From NCBI GenBank assembly GCA_027593365.1, contig JAQCIX010000001.1, positions 1-48,260 on the forward strand: 48,260 nucleotides of DNA. Reading direction: 5' to 3'. Positions within the stretch are counted from its first letter, which is position 1; every line of letters starts with the position of its first letter. The translations under genes and the position numbers were made by a program. Of this stretch, positions 39,036 to 47,828 are shown one piece after another. Under the pieces are notes generated by a model that saw only the letters and a program-made list of their open reading frames with translations, was not told the origin of the DNA and did no database searches. Origin of the DNA: Verrucomicrobiota bacterium (GTDB taxonomy: Bacteria > Verrucomicrobiota > Verrucomicrobiia > Opitutales > Seribacteraceae).

Positions 39036-39338
39036 TCACCAGTTTCTAACTAGTTGATCCCAATAAGTCTCAAGCGTTTCGGCATCTGGAAAAGATTTGG
39101 ATACAATGGCTTCTTTACTTAACGCATCATGGTAGTGAAAGATAATTCTGTTTTCCCCGTTCAATTTTTTGAACAAGAAAACTTGGTTTTTGTTCACGCA
39201 GACAGAATTTCCTTTTTCATCTACTCCTGCCATGATCACTTTTAGCTTGGTCTCTGGCTTCTCTAAAAAAGAACCCATAAACATGCCCGATATGAAAATG
39301 ACCAAGGATGTGCAAATCAGCTTATAATTAAGATTCAT
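39036..39338 (-). CDS. hypothetical small protein with N-terminal signal/TM segment
   Basis: 100-aa ORF filling the gap between genes; hydrophobic N-terminus; no family recognised. Confidence 0.6.
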   Translation of the reverse strand: MNLNYKLICTSLVIFISGMFMGSFLEKPETKLKVIMAGVDEKGNSVCVNKNQVFLFKKLNGENRIIFHYHDALSKEAIVSKSFPDAETLETYWDQLVRNW

Positions 39339-39484
39339 TTTAATTTCTATTTTCTAAAATTAATTTTTGGGATAATCCTTACCCATCTAGAGTTGAAGAC
39401 AAGTTCAACTTTTACAAGTATTTAGATTTTCGGATTTGTTCAAATGGTCAAACCCATGGTAATTAGCATAAATAGAAATCATCG

Positions 39485-40000
39485 ATGAAGCACTTGCTCG
39501 AAGCAAGTATAACGACTTCTTTTAATAATAAATGGATTCCTGATGTGTATAGTTGGATCAAAAGCTTTGATGAGATGATTTATTGGTCAGGCCAAACTTT
39601 TCTTGACCAAGGATTCTCCCTAACCAACTTCACAAATCACATAAACTCAGATAGAATCCTCCCCTATGCACGTGTTTGCCCAAATCAAAAGATTCTTTGC
39701 TATGCTGAAATCGTACCAACCCCAAGGCTTGGTTGTATTAACTTATGCCGAGTCATTGTTAAACCTGACCTAAGAGGTAAAGGACTAGGGAAAATATTTT
39801 GCAAATCATTGATGGATCAAGTAAGCCTCTTAGATGGATTTCACTCGGTACGGTTAAATGTCTTGGAATCTAATCAAACAGCGATTTCGTGCTATCATTC
39901 CCTTGGGTTTAAAATCTCACAAAGATTACCCAATGCTAGGCAAATCAAAAATAAGACCTATGGTGTGGTAGTAATGACTAAAGATTTGGGGCCCAAATAA
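39485..40000 (+). CDS. GNAT family N-acetyltransferase
   Basis: VIVKPDLRGKGLGK acetyl-CoA motif; LNVLESNQTAISCYHSLGF. Confidence 0.88.
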   Translation: MKHLLEASITTSFNNKWIPDVYSWIKSFDEMIYWSGQTFLDQGFSLTNFTNHINSDRILPYARVCPNQKILCYAEIVPTPRLGCINLCRVIVKPDLRGKGLGKIFCKSLMDQVSLLDGFHSVRLNVLESNQTAISCYHSLGFKISQRLPNARQIKNKTYGVVVMTKDLGPK

Positions 40001-40004
40001 CATT

Positions 40005-40496
40005 ATGAAGAAAATAAGCGGGGGACTGGTTTTGTATAAAAAAGACCTGATTAATCAAAAGCTTTCCGTTTTGGTGGCCCACCCAGGAGGCCCTTTTTTT
40101 CAAAATAAAGACGAAGGATGGTGGAGTATTCCTAAAGGCGAACCAGACCCTGGTGAAAAGATTTTTCATGCTGCAATTCGTGAATTTGAAGAAGAGACCG
40201 GATTGCCTCCAAATGGCCCCTATCTAGGACTAGGCTCGATTATGCAGAAAAACGGAAAGGAAGTATTCGCTTGGGCCTTTGAGGGAGACTGGCCAAAAGA
40301 TCGTCAACATACTTGCAATGAAATTACTATGGAATTCCCTTCTGGCTCTGGTAAAATGTGGACTTTCCCAGAAATCGACCGAGTAGAGTTGTTACCCATC
40401 GATCAAGCAAAAGAAAAACTTAGACCGCAACAAGCTGCCCTACTTGACCGATTAAGCCAAGCAATCTTGTGGTCTCAATCTGCCCGGGCACGCTGA
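40005..40496 (+). CDS. NUDIX hydrolase (COG4119-like)
   Basis: HPGGPFF, WSIPKGE, AAIREFEEETG, FPEIDR. Confidence 0.9.
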   Translation: MKKISGGLVLYKKDLINQKLSVLVAHPGGPFFQNKDEGWWSIPKGEPDPGEKIFHAAIREFEEETGLPPNGPYLGLGSIMQKNGKEVFAWAFEGDWPKDRQHTCNEITMEFPSGSGKMWTFPEIDRVELLPIDQAKEKLRPQQAALLDRLSQAILWSQSARAR

Positions 40497-40533
40497 GATT
40501 GCCTTCATTCAAATTACCTCTTATCTAAGGATC

Positions 40534-41184
40534 ATGAAAGATAGGCAAAATTCTCTCAAATCAAGCTTTGTAACCCCATTCATTATTGGATTTATAATAT
40601 TGATTGGGTTCAGTCGCTACCTGCCCTTGGATAATCCATGGCTTTTTAATTTCTCTCCCACATTGGCCGTTTTCCTTTTTTGTGGTGCATACATGCCAGG
40701 TCGATGGGGTTGGGGGGCACCGTTGATTGCAATCATTCTTTCAGACCTTTTTCTTAATCCAACCTATGGTGCAAATTTTGTAGAACCTTTCATGCTTGCC
40801 ACTTTAGCAAGTTATTTCTTGGTGTGGATACTCGGGAAAAGAATAGGTAGTAAGAGTTCATGGATCACTTGGACATCAGTTACTATCGGCTCGCCACTCC
40901 TCTTTCATGTGGTTACCTGCTCGTTGGCTTGGGCTTTAAATCCTGCTTACATGAAATCGGTCAGTGGTTTAATTCAGGCAATTTTTATTGGAGAACCTGG
41001 TTATGCTCCCTCTTACTTATTCCTTAGAAACTCTGTTCTTGGGACCCTTTTCTTTTCCCTATCATTTCGCTGGGCACATATTTGGATAACCCAAAAATTC
41101 AGGCTCCAAAGTGAAATAATTCAGCAAACCGCTAGTTCGTATATAAACGCTGTCGACGAGCCTCAAACAAACAAACACCTGTAG
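40534..41184 (+). CDS. DUF6580-like putative membrane transport protein (S-component-like)
   Basis: About 6 TM segments; SRYLP...NFSPTLAVFLFCGAY and LSDLF pattern. Confidence 0.65.
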   Translation: MKDRQNSLKSSFVTPFIIGFIILIGFSRYLPLDNPWLFNFSPTLAVFLFCGAYMPGRWGWGAPLIAIILSDLFLNPTYGANFVEPFMLATLASYFLVWILGKRIGSKSSWITWTSVTIGSPLLFHVVTCSLAWALNPAYMKSVSGLIQAIFIGEPGYAPSYLFLRNSVLGTLFFSLSFRWAHIWITQKFRLQSEIIQQTASSYINAVDEPQTNKHL

Positions 41185-41707
41185 CAACCGATACATTTAG
41201 GCATTCCACAGAACCACCCATGGGAATGTAGATAAGTTCATCACATTGCTTGGCAGTCAATCTTCTGATTCCAGATTCTTCAGCTCCCATAATGATTGCA
41301 CAAGCACCAGTAAGGTTTGTTTCGAAAATTGAACTCTTGGATTGGTCACTCGTTCCGATTAACCGAATACCCAAATCTGATAATTTTTCCAAGTATCTAG
41401 CCAAGTTAACCACTCTGCCAATAGAGAGATTCTCCACAGCACCACATGCCACATGGCGAACCACATCCGTTAAGCCAGCGGATCGATCACTGGGTAAAAT
41501 AACCAGATCAACCCCTGCACCATCTGCAGATCGGAGACATGCCCCAAGATTTCTTGGGTCCTGAACCTGATCCAAAATTAAAAGAAATGGGTCCCTATCG
41601 AGGGATTCCAAAAACTGCAAGGATTCCTCTTCGCTAAGCGTAGACACAGAAGCGTCAGGATTCGCATGGGTTCTACGCCCCAAGGATTTGGAAAACCTAC
41701 GCTTCAT
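41132..41707 (-). CDS. rlmB: SpoU/TrmH RNA 2'-O-methyltransferase, RlmB-like catalytic domain only
   Basis: LDQVQDPRNLGACLRSADGAG, MGAEESG, IPMGGSVECLNVSVA; 191 aa. Confidence 0.8.
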   Translation of the reverse strand: MKRRFSKSLGRRTHANPDASVSTLSEEESLQFLESLDRDPFLLILDQVQDPRNLGACLRSADGAGVDLVILPSDRSAGLTDVVRHVACGAVENLSIGRVVNLARYLEKLSDLGIRLIGTSDQSKSSIFETNLTGACAIIMGAEESGIRRLTAKQCDELIYIPMGGSVECLNVSVATGVCLFEARRQRLYTN

Positions 41708-41744
41708 CTATACATAAGATGACCGAGTAGAAAAAACTATTCCA

Positions 41745-43454
41745 TCAATCGTGAAAATCGGAACCTTCGAGTGTGGCTTGTACATATCCTTGTCGAATGC
41801 AGAAATCCCCAAAACGCTCGTCTGTTTCTCGATTACTCGCGAAATCTTCGAGGACTGGGGTTAATTCTTGAACGATTTCCTCATGAGAAATCGCTGGACG
41901 GTAAAGTTTATTTAACCTCGTCCCATCTAAGCCTGCGCCAAGGTACAAGTTATATTTACCAGGTGCTTTCCCCACCAAACCGATTTCTCCAAGGTAAGGG
42001 CGACCACATCCGTTTGGACATCCCGTAGAACGAATTGCGATCGATTGGTCTCTTAAGCCAAGACCGTCGATAATGGTTTCCAACTCATCAACAAGCTTCG
42101 GTAAATATCTTTCACTTTCCGCTAGTGCTAAACTGCAGGTAGGCAAGGCAGTACAAGCAATCGAATTTAAACGGATTCCAGAAAGTTGATCGGGCAAAGT
42201 AACCCCAAAGTCACGAAGAATGTCCTCAACTCTCTGTTTGTTTGCTTGATCGACCCTCGCTATGATCACGTTTTGGTTCGCAGTAAGCCTAAATTGACAA
42301 GGCACTTCTTCTGCAATTTTCCTAAGAGCTAAACGGCCTTGGTTATTTCCCGAAGCCCGCAATCTTCCGCCTTCAACAAATAGACCATAGGCCCATTTCC
42401 CGTCTGCATCCTGAGTCCAACCATAACGATCTGTGGTTGAATCAAATTCAAAATCCCTAGCTTTTTCCAAAGACCACCCAAGCCTTCGGTTTAACTCCTC
42501 CAAAATCCAGTCAGGACCTTTATCTTCTACCGTGTATTTCATCCTAGCATGCCTACGATCGGAACGATCGCCATGGTCTCTTTGGATTTTTACGATTTCC
42601 TCAGCAACCTGAACGACTTGTTCAGGAGAACAAAAACCGATTACATCCGCTAGTCTGGGATAAGTTGCCGTTTTTCCATGGGTCATTCCCAAACCACCTC
42701 CGACAAGTACATTGTATCCGATTACTTTGTCGCCCTCGGGGATGCCGACAAATCCAAGGCAATTAGAAAAAACATCCACATCATTTCTTGGAGGTAAAGC
42801 CACTGCGATTTTAAATTTTCTAGGGAGGTAAGTCTTACCATAAATGGGCTCCTCCTCTTCCTCTCCAACCGCACCCTTCTTTTCACCATCTAACCAAATC
42901 TCAGCGTAGGAAGAGGTTTTAGGAGTAAGGTGGTCGTGAATTTGTTGAGCCACATCAAGCGCCTGTTGATGTAATTTTGATTCAAATGGGTTCGCAGGAG
43001 ACATCACATTCCGGTTTACATCGCCACAAGCGGCCAATGTGTCGAGAAGGGTGTCATTGATCTCCTTCATGGTTTGTTTTAAATTCTTCTTAAGAATTCC
43101 ATAGAGTTGAAATGCCTGCCTTGTGGTAAGCTTCAAGGAACTTTCTCCAAATTTGTCGGCTAGCTCATCAATTCCTAACCACTGAGCAGGTGTACAAACT
43201 CCACCTGGGACTCGCACACGGATCATGAAAGAATACGCTTTCTCTTTTTTCTCCTTAATGAGGGATGCTCTTTTGTCCCGATCATCCTGCATATATGTAC
43301 CGTGAAATTTGGTTAGCTGGGCATCGTCTGCTGAAATAGAACCCGTCGACTCATCGGAAAGACTTTCAAGAATAGTGCCTCTAAGAAAGTTGCTGCGTTC
43401 TTTAATGCCCTCGTTTGCAGAGAGCTTTTTCGGAGAATTGGGGTCAGAGATCAT
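41745..43454 (-). CDS. cysI: sulfite reductase hemoprotein subunit
   Basis: NEGIKERSNFLRGTI, KFHGTYMQDDRD, TTRQ, ACGDVNRN, YLPRKFK, CTALPTC and GCPNGC siroheme-[4Fe-4S] ligands; ATG 43454 preferred. Confidence 0.95.
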   Translation of the reverse strand: MISDPNSPKKLSANEGIKERSNFLRGTILESLSDESTGSISADDAQLTKFHGTYMQDDRDKRASLIKEKKEKAYSFMIRVRVPGGVCTPAQWLGIDELADKFGESSLKLTTRQAFQLYGILKKNLKQTMKEINDTLLDTLAACGDVNRNVMSPANPFESKLHQQALDVAQQIHDHLTPKTSSYAEIWLDGEKKGAVGEEEEEPIYGKTYLPRKFKIAVALPPRNDVDVFSNCLGFVGIPEGDKVIGYNVLVGGGLGMTHGKTATYPRLADVIGFCSPEQVVQVAEEIVKIQRDHGDRSDRRHARMKYTVEDKGPDWILEELNRRLGWSLEKARDFEFDSTTDRYGWTQDADGKWAYGLFVEGGRLRASGNNQGRLALRKIAEEVPCQFRLTANQNVIIARVDQANKQRVEDILRDFGVTLPDQLSGIRLNSIACTALPTCSLALAESERYLPKLVDELETIIDGLGLRDQSIAIRSTGCPNGCGRPYLGEIGLVGKAPGKYNLYLGAGLDGTRLNKLYRPAISHEEIVQELTPVLEDFASNRETDERFGDFCIRQGYVQATLEGSDFHD

Positions 43455-43502
43455 AAATTCTACATTTTTTAACAATTAGTTCGTTATCTGGCAAGAAAGG
43501 CA

Positions 43503-44552
43503 TCATTCTTTTCCATAAGAACGAATAGGCAAACTATCTAACATCAAACTAGGATTAAAACTTAATTGCCCATTTTCATTGGACCACAATCCATCCCGAT
43601 CCAAAAATGCGGCAAAAGCGATCATTGCAGCATTATCTCCAGTGTACTTCTTTTCCGCTTTATAAAAGCTGACGGCTTGGTCACTGCAAACTCCTTGCAA
43701 GCGGTCACGAAGGGCTTGGTTGTTTGCCACACCTCCTGAAAGGCCAAAGCTGCGGTACGGTTTTTTACTCAGAAAATGTCGGCACTTTTTAGAAAGCTGA
43801 TCTACCGCAGCCTCTTGATAAGATGCACACAAATCGCAATATCGACCTTGGATTTCTTCTGAACTCATTTTTTGCAACTGATAGAGAAGGCTTGTTTTGA
43901 GCCCAGAAAAACTAAAATCTTTTTCTTCTTTACTCTTAAAAGCTCTTGGAAATTTAAATGCGGTGGAATCACCCTGTATAGCAAACTTTTCCAACTCAGC
44001 ACCTCCAGGATAAGGGATGCCCAAAAGTTTGGCCCCTTTGTCCAAAGCTTCTCCTGCTGCATCATCCATCGTCCGCCCAATAACTTGAATTTCCTTACGA
44101 CGATTCATTTCAAATAGTAGAGTATTCCCGCCTGAGACTAAAAGACCAAGGTGGGGAAGCAATTGATCCCAATTTAGATCACTTGAGCTTAATTTCATAA
44201 ACGGTGAAAATGCATGCCCCCGTAAATGATTAACTCCATAAACCGGAACACGCCAAAGCTCCCCAAGGGTTTTACCAATACTAAGTCCGACACCTAGGCA
44301 ACCGATCAGACCAGGCCCGCAAGTTACAGCAATTTCAGAAATTTCACACGAAGAAAAAGAACCAGAGCGAAAAAGATCCAACATCGGAAAAAAGTTTTCA
44401 AGATGCTGCCTTACCGCAAGGTCTGGAACCACTCCTCCATACTGTGAATGTTGTTGAATCTGAGAATGAACCCATTCACCCACCACTCCATGCAAAGGGT
44501 GATACAGTGCGATTGCAGACTCGTCACACGAACTTTCTATCCCGAGAATCAT
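43503..44552 (-). CDS. tsaD: tRNA t6A37 threonylcarbamoyltransferase
   Basis: MILGIESSCDE, YGGVVP, NHLRGH, DDAAGEALDK, FSFSGLKT, DNAAMIA; start corrected to 44552. Confidence 0.96.
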   Translation of the reverse strand: MILGIESSCDESAIALYHPLHGVVGEWVHSQIQQHSQYGGVVPDLAVRQHLENFFPMLDLFRSGSFSSCEISEIAVTCGPGLIGCLGVGLSIGKTLGELWRVPVYGVNHLRGHAFSPFMKLSSSDLNWDQLLPHLGLLVSGGNTLLFEMNRRKEIQVIGRTMDDAAGEALDKGAKLLGIPYPGGAELEKFAIQGDSTAFKFPRAFKSKEEKDFSFSGLKTSLLYQLQKMSSEEIQGRYCDLCASYQEAAVDQLSKKCRHFLSKKPYRSFGLSGGVANNQALRDRLQGVCSDQAVSFYKAEKKYTGDNAAMIAFAAFLDRDGLWSNENGQLSFNPSLMLDSLPIRSYGKE

Positions 44553-44598
44553 AAAAGAGCTTGCTTGTATTTCACACAATTCAGAGTACTCAAAGCCT

Positions 44599-45594
44599 AT
44601 GCACCTAACAACGCCAAAGCTTTCAGGGGAAATTCTCCAAGCATTTAAAGATGAATTGGAAGATCGTGACAGCATGCCATTCGATAAATTTGTTGACTGG
44701 GCCCTTTACCATCCAAAGTTCGGCTATTACCAAAAGAAAAAAAACCGGGTAGGCAAAGGCATCGAAAATGATTTTTACACCTCGACCAGCCTTGGCTCAT
44801 TATGGGGGGAATTAATCGTAGCTTCATCGGTAAATTTACTTAATGTCCAGGACCCTAAAATTTACACCTTTGTTGAAATTGCTGCAGAGCCTAGCTCAAG
44901 CATACTAACAGATGTAGAACATCCCTTCAGTAATCATGTAATCATTCGCCTAGGAGACTCCATTCAAATTCCGGGAAAATCAATCGTCTACAGTAACGAA
45001 TGGTTGGATGCTCAACCTTTTAAGAAGTTTCGATTCGATGGAAAAGCATCTAAGTGGAAAGAAATATTCGTTGGAATCAAAGAAAGCCAACTTATGGAGA
45101 TCGTAGAAGATGTGACTGATTCCTTTGGTTGCCCATTGCCAATCATTGCAGTGGATGGATATGAAATTGATTGGCCTACAGGTTCAATCCAATCTTTAAG
45201 TTCACTCTTAGGCCAAAATAACTGGTCAGGCGTTTTTCTTACCTTTGACTATGGTTTAAACTTACAGACCCTAGTCGAAGATCGACCTTATGGAACTGCA
45301 AGAGCTTACAGAAATCAGAAGATGTACTCTGAACTTTTGGAATATCCAACAGATCAGGATATCACCTGTCATCTATGCTGGGACATCCTAAAAGAGGCTT
45401 TGAATCATTCGGGTTTTAAGAATATTACCCTGCAAACACAGGAAAGTTTTCTGATGAGACATGCCCAACAAAAAATTCAAAATATTTTCGATCATAATTC
45501 CCCTCTAAGCTCTAACATGCTCGCACTGCGAGAACTTATTCACCCTGCTCACTTGGGGCATGGGCTACAGGCTCTCTCTGCCATAAAATTCTAA
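44599..45594 (+). CDS. SAM-dependent methyltransferase, MidA/NDUFAF7 family
   Basis: ALYHPKFGYY, DFYTS, SNEWLDAQP, FDYG, QDITCH. Confidence 0.85.
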   Translation: MHLTTPKLSGEILQAFKDELEDRDSMPFDKFVDWALYHPKFGYYQKKKNRVGKGIENDFYTSTSLGSLWGELIVASSVNLLNVQDPKIYTFVEIAAEPSSSILTDVEHPFSNHVIIRLGDSIQIPGKSIVYSNEWLDAQPFKKFRFDGKASKWKEIFVGIKESQLMEIVEDVTDSFGCPLPIIAVDGYEIDWPTGSIQSLSSLLGQNNWSGVFLTFDYGLNLQTLVEDRPYGTARAYRNQKMYSELLEYPTDQDITCHLCWDILKEALNHSGFKNITLQTQESFLMRHAQQKIQNIFDHNSPLSSNMLALRELIHPAHLGHGLQALSAIKF

Positions 45595-45603
45595 ACTTTC
45601 GGA

Positions 45604-47280
45604 TTACGGGAAAAGGATAGAATCTTGGGATGTGAAATCATCCCGTGGGCACCCCACTTCGTAGAGTTTACGAATATCCGTTTCGTCCCAAACGGAATCG
45701 AATATCGCGAACTCATCGATACTGCCTTTCATGGATAAATTTGGGTTGTGATTGGGAAAAGCCTGATAATGACCGATCAACCCTTTCTTTAGCGAAATTG
45801 ACTCGGCTAAACTTAATTTTTCCCGACTAAATGCTCTCCCATTAATAAAATGGCTGATCCACTTGTTTTCCCCATCAAAGCTTGTAGCCAAGTGAACCCA
45901 CCGGCCCAAACGATCCGGAGAAAATGCCACCGCTGATTCGTATTTTTCAACGGTATTTCCGGAATCTACCTCAAGGACTAGTTTACCAAAAGAATTGATC
46001 GACCAGCCAAAAGCCCCATTAAAGTGAGGTTTAGAAAACACAATGGGAGCCCCTTCTCTATTTAGGCTGTCTAATTTGATCCACGCCACCAAGGTCGCCT
46101 TCTGGAGAGATTCGTTGATATTAAGGCACACTCTATCGTTGTTTTTCGAAAACTGCAGGGCTCCTTTGCCCGGCCAACGACCTTCCGACCACTGGCACCC
46201 AATAACAGCTCCATCCCCACTACCCTTATTTCTTTTCGTCTCGTCTTTGAGGACTCGTGACCAAGAGTCATGCCCGTCAAAATTGTAGTAAAGGAGAGTC
46301 TTGTTATCGCTCGCTAATTCTTGGCTCATTACAGACCAGGCAGAAAGCCTTTTTTGAGCATTTTCAAGTGAGCGGGAAGCAAGGTCTGCACTACCCGCAA
46401 ATGTTCCAAGAGGCATATCCAGAGGTGTGAGCACTCCAAATGAATCTAAATAGATCGCCTCGCCACCCGAAACCTCTGCACGCACTTCATTGCCCTCTAT
46501 GTCAATGCCCTGATAACTAATTTTCCCACGAAACACATAGACTTCAGCGGATCCTTCTTCATCTACCTCAATTCCAAAGTCTGTTCCTAGATCAATCACT
46601 TTACCCATTGGCAGATCCACTGAAAATCCGACCGCAACCCTAGGTACATGGGCACGCAGCTTACCTAATTTAAGTTCCATTGCATTATCATGAACGAGTG
46701 TTGTTTTCACAGGTCCTTCAAGTATGGCAGTGGCTCCTTGCATAAACTCTAGCTGGGCCATGCCTTTCGAGAACCCAAATCGACCTGAATTAAGAGCTGA
46801 ACCTGCATTAGGATGCCTTGAGGATGGATCATCCCATTGCAATCCAATAGATTTGGTAAGGACTGCGACAATCTCATGTTCAGTAGTAGCCGCTTGGAGA
46901 GGAAGTGGGGTTTGGGAAGAGGAATTTTGGGCTAACGGCTCAGGCTCGGCACCTTCATCTAATACTTGCGTTGGAAGGGTGTAATATAAATAGAGCCCAA
47001 ATAGAAGGAGAGCCGCTAAAGGCATCCAAGATTGGACAAAATGAAAAAGATTATTGAGTGATCCTCCGTTCTCTTCCTTCTCAATTTCGCCCAAAGTTTC
47101 ATCCGCATAATGGCCAAGACTAACTGACATATCCATGTAAGACACATAGAACCTTCTCGCTTCATCCGATTTTTCCAGCCAGAGCTCTAATCTTTTCTTC
47201 TGCTCCAGTGTGATGCTATTTTCCACCAACCTGTCCAAAAGTTCGTTCAACTCAATGATATCTTGGTCACTTAAGCTCAT
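45604..47280 (-). CDS. transmembrane anti-sigma factor with FecR and LamG/ConA-like domains
   Basis: N-terminal helical anti-sigma region, one TM, VIDLGTDFGIEV...VFRG (FecR), WVHLA...FING...GSIDEFAIF (LamG); 4-bp overlap with the sigma gene. Confidence 0.85.
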   Translation of the reverse strand: MSLSDQDIIELNELLDRLVENSITLEQKKRLELWLEKSDEARRFYVSYMDMSVSLGHYADETLGEIEKEENGGSLNNLFHFVQSWMPLAALLLFGLYLYYTLPTQVLDEGAEPEPLAQNSSSQTPLPLQAATTEHEIVAVLTKSIGLQWDDPSSRHPNAGSALNSGRFGFSKGMAQLEFMQGATAILEGPVKTTLVHDNAMELKLGKLRAHVPRVAVGFSVDLPMGKVIDLGTDFGIEVDEEGSAEVYVFRGKISYQGIDIEGNEVRAEVSGGEAIYLDSFGVLTPLDMPLGTFAGSADLASRSLENAQKRLSAWSVMSQELASDNKTLLYYNFDGHDSWSRVLKDETKRNKGSGDGAVIGCQWSEGRWPGKGALQFSKNNDRVCLNINESLQKATLVAWIKLDSLNREGAPIVFSKPHFNGAFGWSINSFGKLVLEVDSGNTVEKYESAVAFSPDRLGRWVHLATSFDGENKWISHFINGRAFSREKLSLAESISLKKGLIGHYQAFPNHNPNLSMKGSIDEFAIFDSVWDETDIRKLYEVGCPRDDFTSQDSILFP

Positions 47281-47807
47281 GGGCTTTCCATACTCACTTC
47301 GAGACTTACGCAGTCATGCAAGGTTTTCCGAATCCGGTTAAGAGCTTTGTAGGCACCTTGAATCGTACGACCACAAGCTTGTGCAGCTGCCTTTACATTG
47401 TGGCCAGATTCATACCTAACGAGAACCATTCTTCTGTCCCGCTCGTTCAATTTTTTAAGACAATGGGAAAGAGCATGATGCCTTTCATCCAACTCTTCTT
47501 CCATTTCAACTCGGGTTTGAGAAATTACCTCCAAAACATCCTCGTTGAAAATCACCTTGGAGGTGGCAAACTTTTTCCGGGCAGCACGAACTTTCCAAAA
47601 AGCAATCTGGCAAGCCCAGGAATAAAAATTGGTACCACTTTCATAATCTGTAAATTTCTCGCAGATCGTAAGACTTGTTTCTTGTAGAATATCTTCTGCA
47701 TCGGCTCGCGAGGGAACCAATGTTATGATGTAACCAAATAATTTCCTTTGATATTTCATCATCAACTGAACTAACTCAGCCGAACGGTCATCCTGGGAAA
47801 TTGTCAT
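47277..47807 (-). CDS. ECF sigma-70 factor, Rhodopirellula/Verrucomicrobium type
   Basis: DAEDILQET, NFYSWACQIA, ALSHCLKKL...RY, YKALNRIRKTLHDCV. Confidence 0.92.
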   Translation of the reverse strand: MTISQDDRSAELVQLMMKYQRKLFGYIITLVPSRADAEDILQETSLTICEKFTDYESGTNFYSWACQIAFWKVRAARKKFATSKVIFNEDVLEVISQTRVEMEEELDERHHALSHCLKKLNERDRRMVLVRYESGHNVKAAAQACGRTIQGAYKALNRIRKTLHDCVSLEVSMESP

Positions 47808-47828
47808 TTAATAAGAGTAGAGAAGATT

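Noticed and set aside
40485-40510. GCTGAGA suggesting a TPP riboswitch
   Set aside because: No downstream ACCTGA or P4/P5 elements, and too little space before the ATG
44553-44675. N-terminal extension of TsaD overlapping the divergent methyltransferase
   Set aside because: The conserved TsaD start MILGIES is at 44552, which removes the overlap
733-47687. Numerous 60-155 aa ORFs antisense or out of frame within identified genes
   Set aside because: Shadow ORFs of well-conserved genes with no recognisable motifs
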